Shown one piece after another: positions 46,115 to 58,550 of a stretch of 64,000 nucleotides of DNA (the stretch's first letter is position 1; each line of letters begins with the position of its first letter). This DNA comes from Neocallimastix sp. 'constans' (lineage: Eukaryota), in contig JBODTK010000147.1 in NCBI GenBank assembly GCA_050613775.1, forward strand, positions 124,001 to 188,000, in the 5' to 3' direction. The position numbers and the translations under genes are program-made. The notes beneath the pieces are model-generated. The model did not search any database and was not told where the DNA came from. It saw only the letters and a list, made by a program, of their open reading frames with translations.

Positions 46115-46424
46115 ATGGCGTATTCTCGTACCCTATATATATTTATATTTACGGATAAATAAGTAGATAAACTTTTATTTCTCTGTATGAAAGAAAGAAG
46201 GAAAGAAAAAAAAAAAAAAAAAGAGAATTTAATGGCTTGATGCATATGATGATCTAGATTAATTGGAAAAACATCTAGAAATATGTATAACATAATAGAT
46301 TAGATTGGAAGTAATTTTTAAATATTAAAAACCACATAATAATATTAATAAATAGTAAATAAATAAATAATTAAAAAAGTATTTATTAATAAATAATTAA
46401 ATAATAAATACTAAATAATATATA

Positions 46425-46690
46425 ATAAATAATAAATAATAAATAATAAATAATAAATAATAAATAATAAATAATAAATAATAAATAATAAATAATAAAT
46501 AATAAATAATAAATAATAAATAATAAATAATAAATAATAAATAATAAATAATAAATAATAAATAATAAATAATAAATAATAAATAATTAAATAATAAATA
46601 ATAAATAATAATAATAAATAATAAATAATAAATAATAAATAATAAATAATAAATAATAAATAATTAAATAATAAATAATAAATTTATTAT
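46425..46690. repeat. (AATAAAT)n heptanucleotide microsatellite
   Basis: Directly visible. Confidence 0.9.
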
Positions 46691-46773
46691 AAATATATAA
46701 ATATAATAAAAAGAGTATTTATTAATAAATAATGAATAAATAAATAAAATATTCATTTATATGGATATTTTAA

Positions 46774-46820
<47 letters not shown>

Positions 46821-47114
46821 ATGATTTAATAAATGATCTATAAAAAAATTTAATTTTTGATCTACATAAATGTATTTACTACATAATGTATATGCTTTTC
46901 ATATAAATCATACATTAATGTATTTAATATATTTTAGGGATTAAACTTTATTCATTTTACATTACAAAAAATAATATATATTTATTCTTTTTTCTTATTA
47001 TTTTCTTTTTATTAATTACTTTGTTCTATTATTATTTTATTTTTAATCCATTTTGAATTTTTTTGTATTATAATTATTTATAAATTATAAAATTAATAAA
47101 TACAATAATATAAA

Positions 47115-48850
47115 ATGCTTTCAACAATAAAAACTGTTTCAAATAACAAAGTTTGTTTAAATGCTTTAAAAGCTTCTACTAGAAGTCTTTCTAATGTTTC
47201 TGTATTTAATACCAAATTAAATACTACTTCAATAAATAAGGTTAACTTAAATAAAATTAATATTGCTCCAAAGAAACAAAACTTTACTCTTCAAAACTTT
47301 TGTCAAAATCGTACCTATGCTAACACAAAAGAAGTCAGTTTCAAAGGTGTTAAAAATTTCATTTCTTTAAAGGATTTTACTCCAGAACAAGTTTTATGGT
47401 TAATTCGTCGTTCATTAGAAATTAAGCAAGATATGAAAAATGGAAAGCCATTACCACAACATCTTAAGGGTAAAACTTTAGGTATGTTCTTTACCAAGCG
47501 TTCTACTCGTACTAGAGTTTCTTCTGAATCCGGTTGGGCTACTTATGGTGGTCACCCAATGTTCCTTGGTAAAGATGATATTCAAGTTGGTGCTGGTGAA
47601 CCATGGAAGGATACTTCTATTGTTGTTAGTTCAATGGTTGATTGTATTCTTGCTAGATTAGGAGCTCACGATGAAGTTGAGGTAAATTTTAGTAAAATAA
47701 TTTTTTTTTTTTAAAGTATATACATATAATTTTATTATATAAAGTTTTATTTATAAATATTTAATCATAGATTATAATCAATCATACCTATATATTATAA
47801 ATTTTTATATTTTTATAAAAGTTAAGAAAAAGAAAAAATTATTATTAATAAATATTTTTATTATTATTATATATATATATATTTTTTTTATCATCATATA
47901 TACTACATTTATTTTTTTTTTATTTTTTTTTGTTTAATATTAAAATTAATTTTATTATTTTTTTTCCAAAAAAAAAAAAAAAAATCAGACTTTAGCTAAA
48001 TACTCATCTGTTCCAGTTATTAATGCTTTAACTGCTAAATATCACCCACTTCAAATTCTTGCTGATATTGTTACTATTTATGAAACTTACTTACCAAATT
48101 GGAGAGATCTTCCAACTAACGGTCTTCCACTTCCAAAATTACCAAACTTAAAGGTTGCTTGGATTGGTGATGCCAACAACATTCTTCACTCACTTCTTGT
48201 CACTTTACCAAGAATTGGTGTTTCTATTGCTGCTGCCACTCCAAAGAAATACAATCCACCACAAGATGTTATTGACTTTGCCGTTACCAATAGCAGAAAG
48301 AATAATAAGGAATATGGTGAAGTTTCCTTCACTCATGATCCAGTTGTAGCTGTTAAAGATGCCGATATTATTATTACTGATACTTGGGTTAGTATGGGAC
48401 AAGAAAGTGAAAAGAAGCAACGTTTAATTGATTTTGCTGGATACCAAGTTACTGAAGAATTAGCTAAGAAGGGTGGTGCTAAAAAGAACTGGAAGTTCAT
48501 GCACTGTCTTCCACGTAAACCACAAGAAGTTAATGATGAAGTAAGTTTTTTTTTATTTTATTTAAACAAATATAATATATAATATTATGTATATATATAT
48601 ATAGAAGAAAAAATGACCAAAAAAAAAAAAAAAATTCTTAATATTTTTTTAATTATTATTATTAATAATTAATAATTAATTATTAATTTTTTTTTTTTTT
48701 TTTTAATAATTATTAATAAATTTGTTATTTTCATTTATTCAAAAATAGGTTTTCTATAATCCAAAGCGTTCCATTGTTTTCCAAGAAGCTGAAAACAGAA
48801 AATACACTGTTATGTCTGTATTTGAAATGTTAATGGTTGAAGCCAAGTAA
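47115..48850 (+). CDS. ARG3: Ornithine carbamoyltransferase with an N-terminal organellar targeting presequence; exons 47115-47681, 47989-48540, 48749-48850
   Basis: KRSTRTR (carbamoyl-phosphate binding), HPLQILAD, WIGDANN, TDTWVSMG, FMHCLPR and QEAENRK. The ~69-aa N-terminal extension has no acidic residues. Confidence 0.97.
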
Positions 48851-49087
48851 ATTAAATAAATAATTATATTTTTTTTTTTTAAAAAAAAAAAAAAAAGTAA
48901 TAAAAAAAAAAATAAATAAATACATAATAAATAAAGATAAAAATAAAAATTTTTCTTTAAAACCATTAAAAATTAAAAAACTGAGAAGCAAAAATAAAAG
49001 CAGAAACAAAAGAAAGAGAAAAAAAATATATATATATTAATTAGAAAAAAAAAAAATTAATAATAATTATAATAATAATAATAAAAA

Positions 49088-49118
<31 letters not shown>

Positions 49119-49302
49119 AAGTAGAATACTTTTTGATGTAGTTTGTATTTTATATTTATTTAAATATATATATAGATAATATAATATATATAAATAATGT
49201 AAAAAAAAATGTATATATTGTATTAATTTAATAATATAAATAAAAATATAATAATAATACTTACAATAATAATAATAATAATAACTGTTAATTTTTTTTG
49301 TG

Positions 49303-49575
49303 ATATGATTTTTTAAAGTAAAAAATAATAATAATAATAATAATAATTATTAATAATAATAATAATATTACAAATTGAGGAGAAAAAAGAATTTTTTTTA
49401 AAAAAAGAAAAAGGAATTATAATAATAATAAATAATATATGATTTTTTAAAGTAAAAAATAATAATAATAATAATAATAATAATTAATAATAATAATAAT
49501 AATAATATTACAAATTGAGGAGAAAAAAGAATTTTTTTTAAAAAAGAAAAAGAAATTATAATAATAATAAATAAA
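49303..49575. repeat. Tandem duplication of a ~135-bp AT-rich block downstream of OTC
   Basis: ATATGATTTTTTAAAGTAAAAAATAAT...CAAATTGAGGAGAAAAAAGAATTTTTTT occurs twice back to back. Confidence 0.85.
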
Positions 49576-49783
49576 TAAAGAATGATATAATAATAATTAT
49601 TATTATTATAATGAATAAATTTACTTTTATATATATATATTTTATTTTAAATTTTATTAATTATATGAGATACGAATTGAAAGTTCAAACCATAGGATTT
49701 TAGATATAAGTGGTTTTCGACATAAGTTAATCTAAAAAAAATATATATATAGGATTAAAGAAAAAATATTATTTTTTCTTTTT

Positions 49784-49826
<43 letters not shown>

Positions 49827-50329
49827 AATTGTTGTAAAATCCATATTAAAAAAAATTATTTAAAATTAATTAAAATAATTTAATAACAAAAACAATATTA
49901 AATCATTTATTATTCAATTATTTAATTATTTAATTTATAATTATTTATTATTAAATACTTTTTTTATTATTTAATAATTATTTATTTATTTTAATAAAGA
50001 TTAAATAATTTTTTATTTAAATATGTATAAAAAAATAAAAAAAAAAAAATATATATATATTATTATATATATTTTATCTATATTTTATTAATTTATTTAT
50101 TATTATTTTTTTTTTTAATATATATTTTATATTTTTTTTAATATTTTTTATATTAATTTTTTTTTCTTTATAATTTTTTTTTATTTTTATATTAATGAAA
50201 TGAATTTTTTTTTTTTTTTTTCATTTATTTTCATTCTCATTATCATATACATAATAAAGAATTTTTTTTTTTTTATTTTAATCTTCATATTAATTAAAAA
50301 AATAAAAATTAAAATTATTTAAAAGATAT

Positions 50330-51245
50330 GAAGGTTCCAGAATAAAGACATATTGTATTTGTATGCCATTTAACAACAAACATCGATAATATATATTAAC
50401 ATTGCTACAAAATGATCCCTGTTTTTGAACATAAAATGCACATATTTGGCATACAAATACGATCATTCAACCATATTGTTTATAATAATAATATTAATAA
50501 TAATTGTTGTGGTTATGAATTTTGAATGCCTTGAACAATAATAGCTATGATTTGCATATATTTGTCGATATTTTGCATTGTTTGTTGATGAAAATCATAG
50601 CAGTTTTGATCATAAAAGGCATTCAAAATCATCATATTGCAATATTGTTCATATAATAATATATGCAGAAATACAGCATTGTTGTGCAAAACCTAGCTAG
50701 TTGATCATCATATGTTTTTGATCGTTCAACTCGTCAAAAACATGCTCAGAATCCTAAAAACTAGCTAGGTTTGCAATCACTAAAAACACTATTATTTATA
50801 TATAATCATACCAGTTTTGAACTTTATGAACTTCTAGAACTTGTATTAATTAATTGAACAACATACCAGTTTTGACCAATATTAACATCAAAACCATATC
50901 ATTCATATCAATTCATAGCTGTTATGACCATTTAATTAATACAGGTTCCAGATCGTTAATAAACATCATAGAGTTTTATGATTTATTTATGCCAAAACTA
51001 TGCTATGACATCTATTAATTAAGGCTCCAAATTATATATATATATATTAACAATATGGTTTTATGACAAAAGATATGCAAAAATGGTATGGTTTTAAAAA
51101 CCCCAAAAAACCTCAATATTTTCATTCAACTTCATTCATTGACTCAACTCCGCTCATTCTGGAGTGATCTCGACAGATTTACGCAGTTTCACTACGTTTC
51201 GTGCTCAATCTTCTCGCTCCTATACATTCGCTTCGTTACCATGAT
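50330..51245. other. Non-coding structured element (three long hairpins, spaced 14-mer repeats, GC-richer end); possibly a non-autonomous transposon or a structured ncRNA
   Basis: Perfect 10-14 bp inverted-repeat pairs and a repeated CATA(G/C)C(A/T)GTT(T/A)TGA motif. No ORF. More complex than the flanking DNA. Identity unknown. Confidence 0.45.
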
Positions 51246-51315
51246 TAAAAAATTTTTTAAATAAATTATTATTAATATAAAATATATATATATTTAAATT
51301 TATTATTAAAAAATA

Positions 51316-51355
<40 letters not shown>

Positions 51356-51389
51356 TTTATCAATTTATTCTTTTTATTTATATATTTTT

Positions 51390-51420
<31 letters not shown>

Positions 51421-51967
51421 TAAATAAAGGTGAAAATATCTTTTTTTTTTTTTTTTTCATAGATTGAGATTAATGAGGGGGAAAGACAAAAGGACCACCC
51501 AGTTCTCTCTCCCTTAAAAAGTATTAGACGCTTCAATGAACTTTTTACCATACTATTTCCGCGTCGACGGGGAATCCTCCCCTCTCTCTAAAACAAGACT
51601 AATAGAAAAAAAACATATACACCTCCCTATACACAAGCTTTATATAACATATAACGGACTTCTTTTCATTGATCTCTCTTAAACCATCATCAAGAAAGGA
51701 AGGAACAACTACACTAATCCTCTCCTTAGATCATAATAAAAATCAAAAAAAAATAGTTTGATTTCCAAACTTTACTATACTATAAAATTAAAATAAAAAA
51801 AAATACTATTCTTTTTTTCCAACAACAAAAAAATAATTAATTTTCTAAAATTTTATTTTTTAAATATTCTTTAAAAAAAAAAAAAAAATGAATATATATT
51901 TAAAAATTTTTTTTTTTTATTTTATTTTTTATTTATAATTAAAAAGAGATTAGTTTTTTTGTATTAC

Positions 51968-52076
51968 AAAAAAAGATTATAAAGATATAAAGATTATAAA
52001 GATTTTATATATTTATAAAAAAAAAGATTATAAAGATATAAAGATTATAAAGATTTTATATATTTATAAAAAAAAG
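51968..52076. repeat. ~54-bp tandem duplication
   Basis: AAAAAAGATTATAAAGATATAAAGATTATAAAGATTTTATATATTTAT occurs twice. Confidence 0.85.
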
Positions 52077-52702
52077 GTTTACTTAAAATATTAAAAAAAA
52101 AAAAAAAATAAAAAAATAAAAAAATAATAATAAAAATAACTAATTAATGGTTATAAATTAATAAGTATCTTTTTAAAAATGTTATTGAAACTCATATTAA
52201 TAATATGATGAACAATAAAATATAACCAAAATTATTTAAATCATTTAATTAAATTATTATAATTTTATATTTATAAATTTTTTGTATGAATATGTAAATT
52301 TTTTGTATATGTATATTTTTTTTGTTTGTATATATATTTTATATATATATTTGTTTTTGTATATACTTTTAAATATATATATTATTTTCTTTTATTCCTT
52401 TATACGTATATATTTTTTCAATTCTTTTTTTCTTTTACTTTTTCCTTTTTTATTTTACAAGTATTTTACTTACTAAATTTAGTAATTATAATTTTTTTTT
52501 GGTTTTATTTTTTGTTTGTAATTTTTTTTTTTTAAATTTGAATTAAATTAGTACTAATATAAATAGTGCTGATTTATACACAACTTATATTATGATTTAA
52601 TTATATTTTCGTTATACTAATTTAATATTATTTTTTTTTATCTCTAATTTAATAATTAGTTTACCTTGTAAGATTTTAAATAATTTTTTTTTCCTTGTTC
52701 TA

Positions 52703-52733
<31 letters not shown>

Positions 52734-52779
52734 GGTACTTTTTGCATGACAAATAATCAATTTTAATTAAATTTTCCAA

Positions 52780-52818
<39 letters not shown>

Positions 52819-53462
52819 CTTTTCTAAATTATATTATTGAATATAATTATAAATAAAAAAAATAATAATAATAAATCTATATATATAATTATTATTATTT
52901 TTCTTAAGGAAATTTTAATGGAAATTAATTATTTTGGTGAACATTTTCATTGTTATTGTATTTTGTATTATTTTTATTTATATAATTCTTATTTTTATTT
53001 TTTTTTCTTTATATATATATATTTATTATTTACTATTTACAATTTAATTTATAAATAAATTATTAATAATAAAAATAAATATATATTAAATAAAAAAAAA
53101 ATATTATTAATAATAAATTTATTTGTAATTATATACATAATATTAGCTGATTTCATAGCAAACATTGTAATTTAATTTTTTTTTTATGAAAATTTTTGAT
53201 AATTTTAACTTTTTTTTATTGACATTTAATTATGATATAGAAAAAAAAATTTTTTTATTTATGAATGATAAAAAATAAATGATATTTTTTTATTATTTGG
53301 TTAATTATTTATTATTTAAATGTACAATTTTATTATACTACTTTTTTTTTCTGGTGAAAAATTTTTTGTAAAATAAATAACTTTTATTATTATCGAAACT
53401 TTTTCAGTTGTAAAAATTTTAAGTATGCTTAAATATATTATTACTTTAAGATATTAATTTAG

Positions 53463-53493
<31 letters not shown>

Positions 53494-53794
53494 ATTGGTT
53501 TTTTATATTAAGATTTTATTTATTTTAATTGTGACTTAAACTATAAATCATTTTTGTATTTACAATGTTTTATGTGTAGGTATGTATATGTATATATTTT
53601 TTGGATGTATATTATTTTTTTATGTATATTAAAATGTATTACAATATTATTTTTTGCTTTTATTATGAATTTTCTATTATTATTATTATTATTATTATCA
53701 TTTAATATTAATGTTGATAATTATATGATGGTGGTTTAATATTATTTTATTTTAAGTTAAAAATAAATCTATTTCTTTTTACAATTACTTTTTA

Positions 53795-53825
<31 letters not shown>

Positions 53826-54298
53826 TTTTTTTTTTCTTTTTGATTTGTATTATTTTTTTATATATATACTATATATACTATTAAATTATATTTACTAAAT
53901 ATATATTTAAAATTATTTTATTAATTGAATAAAATTACTTGTAAATATGTTGAAAAAAAAAAGTTTGTTTTATTCTTTTTTTAAATGATTTGGAAATTAA
54001 TTGGTATAGGAATTGATATTGAAAAAATATTTCTAATAAAAAAATATAAATAAATAAATAAATAAATAATAACTTAATTAAAAGATTATTGTTATTGTTA
54101 TTATGATTTAAATAAATTTTCCTTTTTTTTTTTTTTTTATTTATTTATATATGTATATAACCCTTTTATATATATATTGTTTATAAGAAAAAAAATTAAT
54201 TTTTTTTCAAATAAAAATTGATATTATTTTGTATTATATATGTATTTTTTATATAGATGAATTGATAAATGATTTTTATTATATATATATTAATGACT

Positions 54299-57200
54299 TT
54301 AAATAACATGTACAGAATTTTTTGGTGATGGATAGGATTTAGTGTAATCCTTTTCTTTAAGAGATTTAATATTATTCTTTTTATTTACATTATTATCTAT
54401 TGGATAAGATTCAAGAGATTTTTCCCTTTCAGTTAATTCTTCTTGACTGTTGGCGATTGTTTGAACTTCTTGTTCATCATTGGTTAATTCTTTAACTTTA
54501 TTAGTATTTACTTCATTATAGTTTGATTCCTCTTGTTCTTTAATAGTAATTTTTTCTTCATAGATAGTAGCTGGTTCTTCTATTGATGGTTCTACAATGG
54601 CTGGTTCTTCAACCGTTGGTAATTCTTGAATAATTTTTTTTTCATGCTTACCATTTAAATCCTGAACGTTAGAAGAATCTTTTCTAAATGATTTTCTAGC
54701 CATAGATAAAAATATTTCAGGACTTCTAGACCATTTACGCATAGTTGAATTTCTATGCTTCTTTCCTTTTTGACGATCATTACTAATAGTGTAAGACTTT
54801 CCATTATCTGAGGAACTACTAGAATAGACATCAACATTGTAGATAGGAGAACTAGCATTTCTAAAGGAAGATAATCTAACAGAAAGAGATTTTCTATTTT
54901 TCTTTTTATTAATCCTTTCTAGTTCATTTTTATCAATTTCTTCTTCATCATCATAGGATTTATATTTTAAGGTTGCTAAATCTGAATCAGATAAGAGAGC
55001 AGTTACAGAATTCTTTTGAATGGATTGAATATAGGTTTCTAATTCACCAGAAGACATGGTAGAAATAGAACTATCTGATACTGATCTCTTTTCCATCTTT
55101 TCTATAGGAAGATTTGCTTCTGATTCAGAAAGAGGTTTTAATTCTTGATCATTTGTCTTATTATCATTTTCTTCAGCAATTTCACTAATTCTTGATGAAG
55201 ATCTAAAGATTTTATGTTTGTTAAGTTTACTAATTAATGAATTAACCCTTAAGGACTTAGAAAGGAAGGATTGGGATCTCTTCATATTAGCAAAGGTTAA
55301 TAAAGTATTATCAATATTTTCTTCCATTGGAGGTGGATTATTTAAAATCTTCATAACCTCTTCAAGGGATTTTCTTTCCTTGGATTCAGTACTCCAGCAT
55401 TCAGTCATTAAATTCCAAAGCCAGTCTGGACAACTAATGCTTAATTTAGATCTTTGTGGTCTAATCTTATAAATACATACATTTTCTTTTAATTCGAGAA
55501 TATCCCTATATTCAAATGGTTGACCACCATATAAAATTTCATAACATAACATACCAAAGGAATAAACATCAGATTCAAAGGTTGGAATTTCATTTCTAAT
55601 GAAAAGTTCTGGAGCAGTCCAGCAGTTATAGTTAATAACAACTGAACTATTAGAATTTGATAAGAAATTCTTGTTGACATTCGCTTGAACTTGAGCGATA
55701 CCATATTCAGTTAATTTAACATGTTTATTTTCATCGACTAAAACATGATTACCTCTTAAATCACCATGAACAATACCATGTTGATGTAAGAAAAGAAGAC
55801 CTTTACAGATATCCCTTATTAAGTTAACACGTTGAACAAGATCAACTTCATTCATTTTAATATAATCCATAACATTTCCTGATGAAATTAAAGAGGATAC
55901 TGTTGAAAAGTAACCATCATGAATTCTGTAATCCTTAAGTGGAAGAACATTTGGATGTTGAATTTTTTGTAAGTTTTGAAGTTCCTTAACAATCTTTGGC
56001 TTAAAAGCATTACTATTACTTCTTGTTTTTCTATGTTGAAGACAAATCCATGGGTAATTCTTGACAAATACATTATCACCATTTTCTAAAGTACCAATAT
56101 AACTTGTGGTAGTAACAGCTTTAACATTCATAATATTTAATTCTTCTTCATCTTCAACTATTAATATTATAGAATTAATATAAATAATTAATATATATAT
56201 ATTTTTTTATTGATTTTAATAATTATAATATTAATAAAAATTATCAGTAATAAATTAATAATATTAATAAAATTTATTAGTATTTTATTAATAATTTTAA
56301 CAATAATAAATTTAATTAGTATCTTATTAATTATAAAACACAAAAATAAAAAAAAAAAAAATTTAATAATTTTTAATTTTAATTTGGTAGTAGTAGTTAC
56401 CATTAGAAACTTCAATAGAATCTTTTGAACTATCAGAACTAATTTCAGATAATAAATGGGATATGATATTTTTTGATTTATCAAAAGGTGGTCTTAAATT
56501 TGGATCAGTTTGCCAACACTCTTGCATCAACTCCCACATTTCTTTTGGTGCAGTACTAATATTTTGTGGCAAATGACTTAATAAGAAATCAATATATGAT
56601 TTTTCATAAGTTTCACCTTCATAGAAAGCTTCATAACATAATATACCAAAGGCATAAATATCTGATTGTGGTGTTGGAAGAGCATCACCAGTTAATTCTG
56701 GAGCAGACCATGGATAAGTTTTTGGAGAGAAATCAAGAGTTGATCTAATGTATGGAATACAATAAAATCCAAAGTTTGTAACTTTAACTGTTCCTTCTTG
56801 ATCAACCAATACATTTAAACCCTTTAAATCACCATGGATAATATTATTTGTATGTAAATAAATCATGGCATCACTAACTTCACTTAAAATATTTAAAGCC
56901 TAGGTTATAGAAAATTAATATATAAATTATTTTTTTCATTTCAAAAATATTAAATAATTAATAATGAATAAAAAAAAATTTCTTTTTTCTCATTTAAAAT
57001 ATTAAATAACTAAATATTAAAATTATGATGATTAGGGTATATTCTATTTAACTGATAAACTTTTTTAAATTTTTTTTGATATTATTTTTTTTTTTATTTT
57101 TTTTTTCTCTTTTTTTGATTTTTTTTCATTTTTTTAAAAAAACATATAATTTACCTTGTTTGGGAATTCATTAAGATAACCAATCATATTACCATTACTT

Positions 57201-58550
57201 AAAAATGGATTGACGATATAGGGTTGTGGGATTGCTAAATTAGCACCAAGTAAAGGTAAAACATTTTTATGCTGCATATTTGACCAAATCTATTTATAAT
57301 TATTATAATAATAATATGTTAATACATTATTAATATTTTAGCTTTTAATATATAATATTAATTTTGTTATTATTATTATATATTTAAAACTTACAATTAA
57401 ATTGTTAATAAAATCAACTTTCAAGGCTGATTTTTTAAAGTTTGTGATTGTAACAGTTTGATGTTCTCTAAAGTAAGCTACTTTATATTGATCAAAAATT
57501 GAGCAATTATCTGTAAATTCATCAATTTTGGTATTAACATCAGATTGAATATCAATAATTTCCCAAGATGTTACAGCCCATGGGAAAGGTTGAATTCTAT
57601 ATCTAAACATTTTTTGAATAATTTCTAATGTAATCTTTGCAAATGAATAGGTAATTCTTTCTGGTCTAGATAAGTCAGGACAGAAAATAAGACGTTGAAG
57701 ACCGGTGATGACTTCTTTAATATTAGATCGACTAATTTCTAAAATATTTAATACCTTTTGTTGTTGAACAGAAATACCATGAGAATCTTTACTTGCTTTA
57801 ACCATTTCTTTCCAAGTTTTTTCTAATTTTTCAATTAAATTTTGTTCATCATTAGTTAAATCAATTTGGTCTTGTTCTTCCCAAGCAATTAATACATTAT
57901 CAAAATTTCTATTTGGTGAATATTTTGCATAATGATATGAAAAGTCTTCTAAAATACTCTTTACTCTATTCTTCCAATTCTCAAATTGATAATTAATATA
58001 GGTTGAGTTAAGGAGTCTTCTTATAATCCATTGCTTCTTATTATATTCAATAAAGGATTCAATTTGTTGTAATAAGCTATTTGTAATATAAAGGAAAAGA
58101 AAAATATGAAAATAGAAAGATATTAAAATATAAAAGGAAAATATATATATTAATATAAATTTAAAAAATTAATAACTGATTATTTTTATTATGATTGTTA
58201 ATATTTTTATATTATTAATTAATAATATACTTTGAATACTAATATACTTACTCATTTAAACTTTCAATAACTTCTTCAAAATCATATAAAGTCTCTTGAT
58301 GATATACCCCATGGCCAATATTTTCCTTTATTTCTTCAACACTGAGATGTATTGAATAAATTCTTTGTAATATTCTAAGACATCTTTGTTGATTAAATTT
58401 TAATAAGTTTCCTTCGAAAATTAAAGACCAAAGTTTTTTAATTTTTTGAACTAAAGGATTACTTGTACTAAATTCTGATATTGGAAAAGAAAGTACTGAA
58501 GTTGATTCTGTGTAATAAGTGGATGTGTTGCAACTTGAAAGTGCAGTCAT
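54299..58550 (-). CDS. ~1157-aa protein: MLKL-like N-terminal helical domain, two TKL-type kinase-fold domains (both probably pseudokinases), Ser/Glu-rich tail; exons 58550-58252, 58076-57395, 57289-57155, 56899-56401, 56157-54299
   Basis: Five GT-AG exons join in frame (3474 nt). Kinase 1: HKNVLPLLGA, HGDLKGLNVLV, VKVTNFG, WSAPE, SDIYAFG, CWQTDPNLRPPF. Kinase 2: HPNVLPL, HGDLRGNHVLV, VKLTEYG, WTAPE, SDVYSFG, CWSTESKER. The N-terminal domain call is less certain than the kinase folds. Confidence 0.85.

Noticed and set aside
45194..50640. Resemblance of TATGCTGTTTT / AAAACAGCATAG (45.2-45.3 kb) and TTTTGAATG / CATTCAAAA (50.5-50.6 kb) to type II-A CRISPR repeat and tracrRNA sequences
   Set aside because: The matches are only 9-12 nt and AT-rich, and they are arranged as inverted pairs rather than ~66-bp direct units. 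No Cas9, IscB, TnpB or Fanzor ORF is visible in the window.
52282..53739. Short Phe/Tyr/Ile-rich ORFs
   Set aside because: Compositional artefacts of T-rich 3'/intergenic DNA, with no motifs or splice support.
57024..57056. ATGATGA...CTGA, a C/D-box-like pair in a kinase intron
   Set aside because: It spans only ~30 nt, lies antisense to the host gene, and has no terminal stem or recognisable guide.
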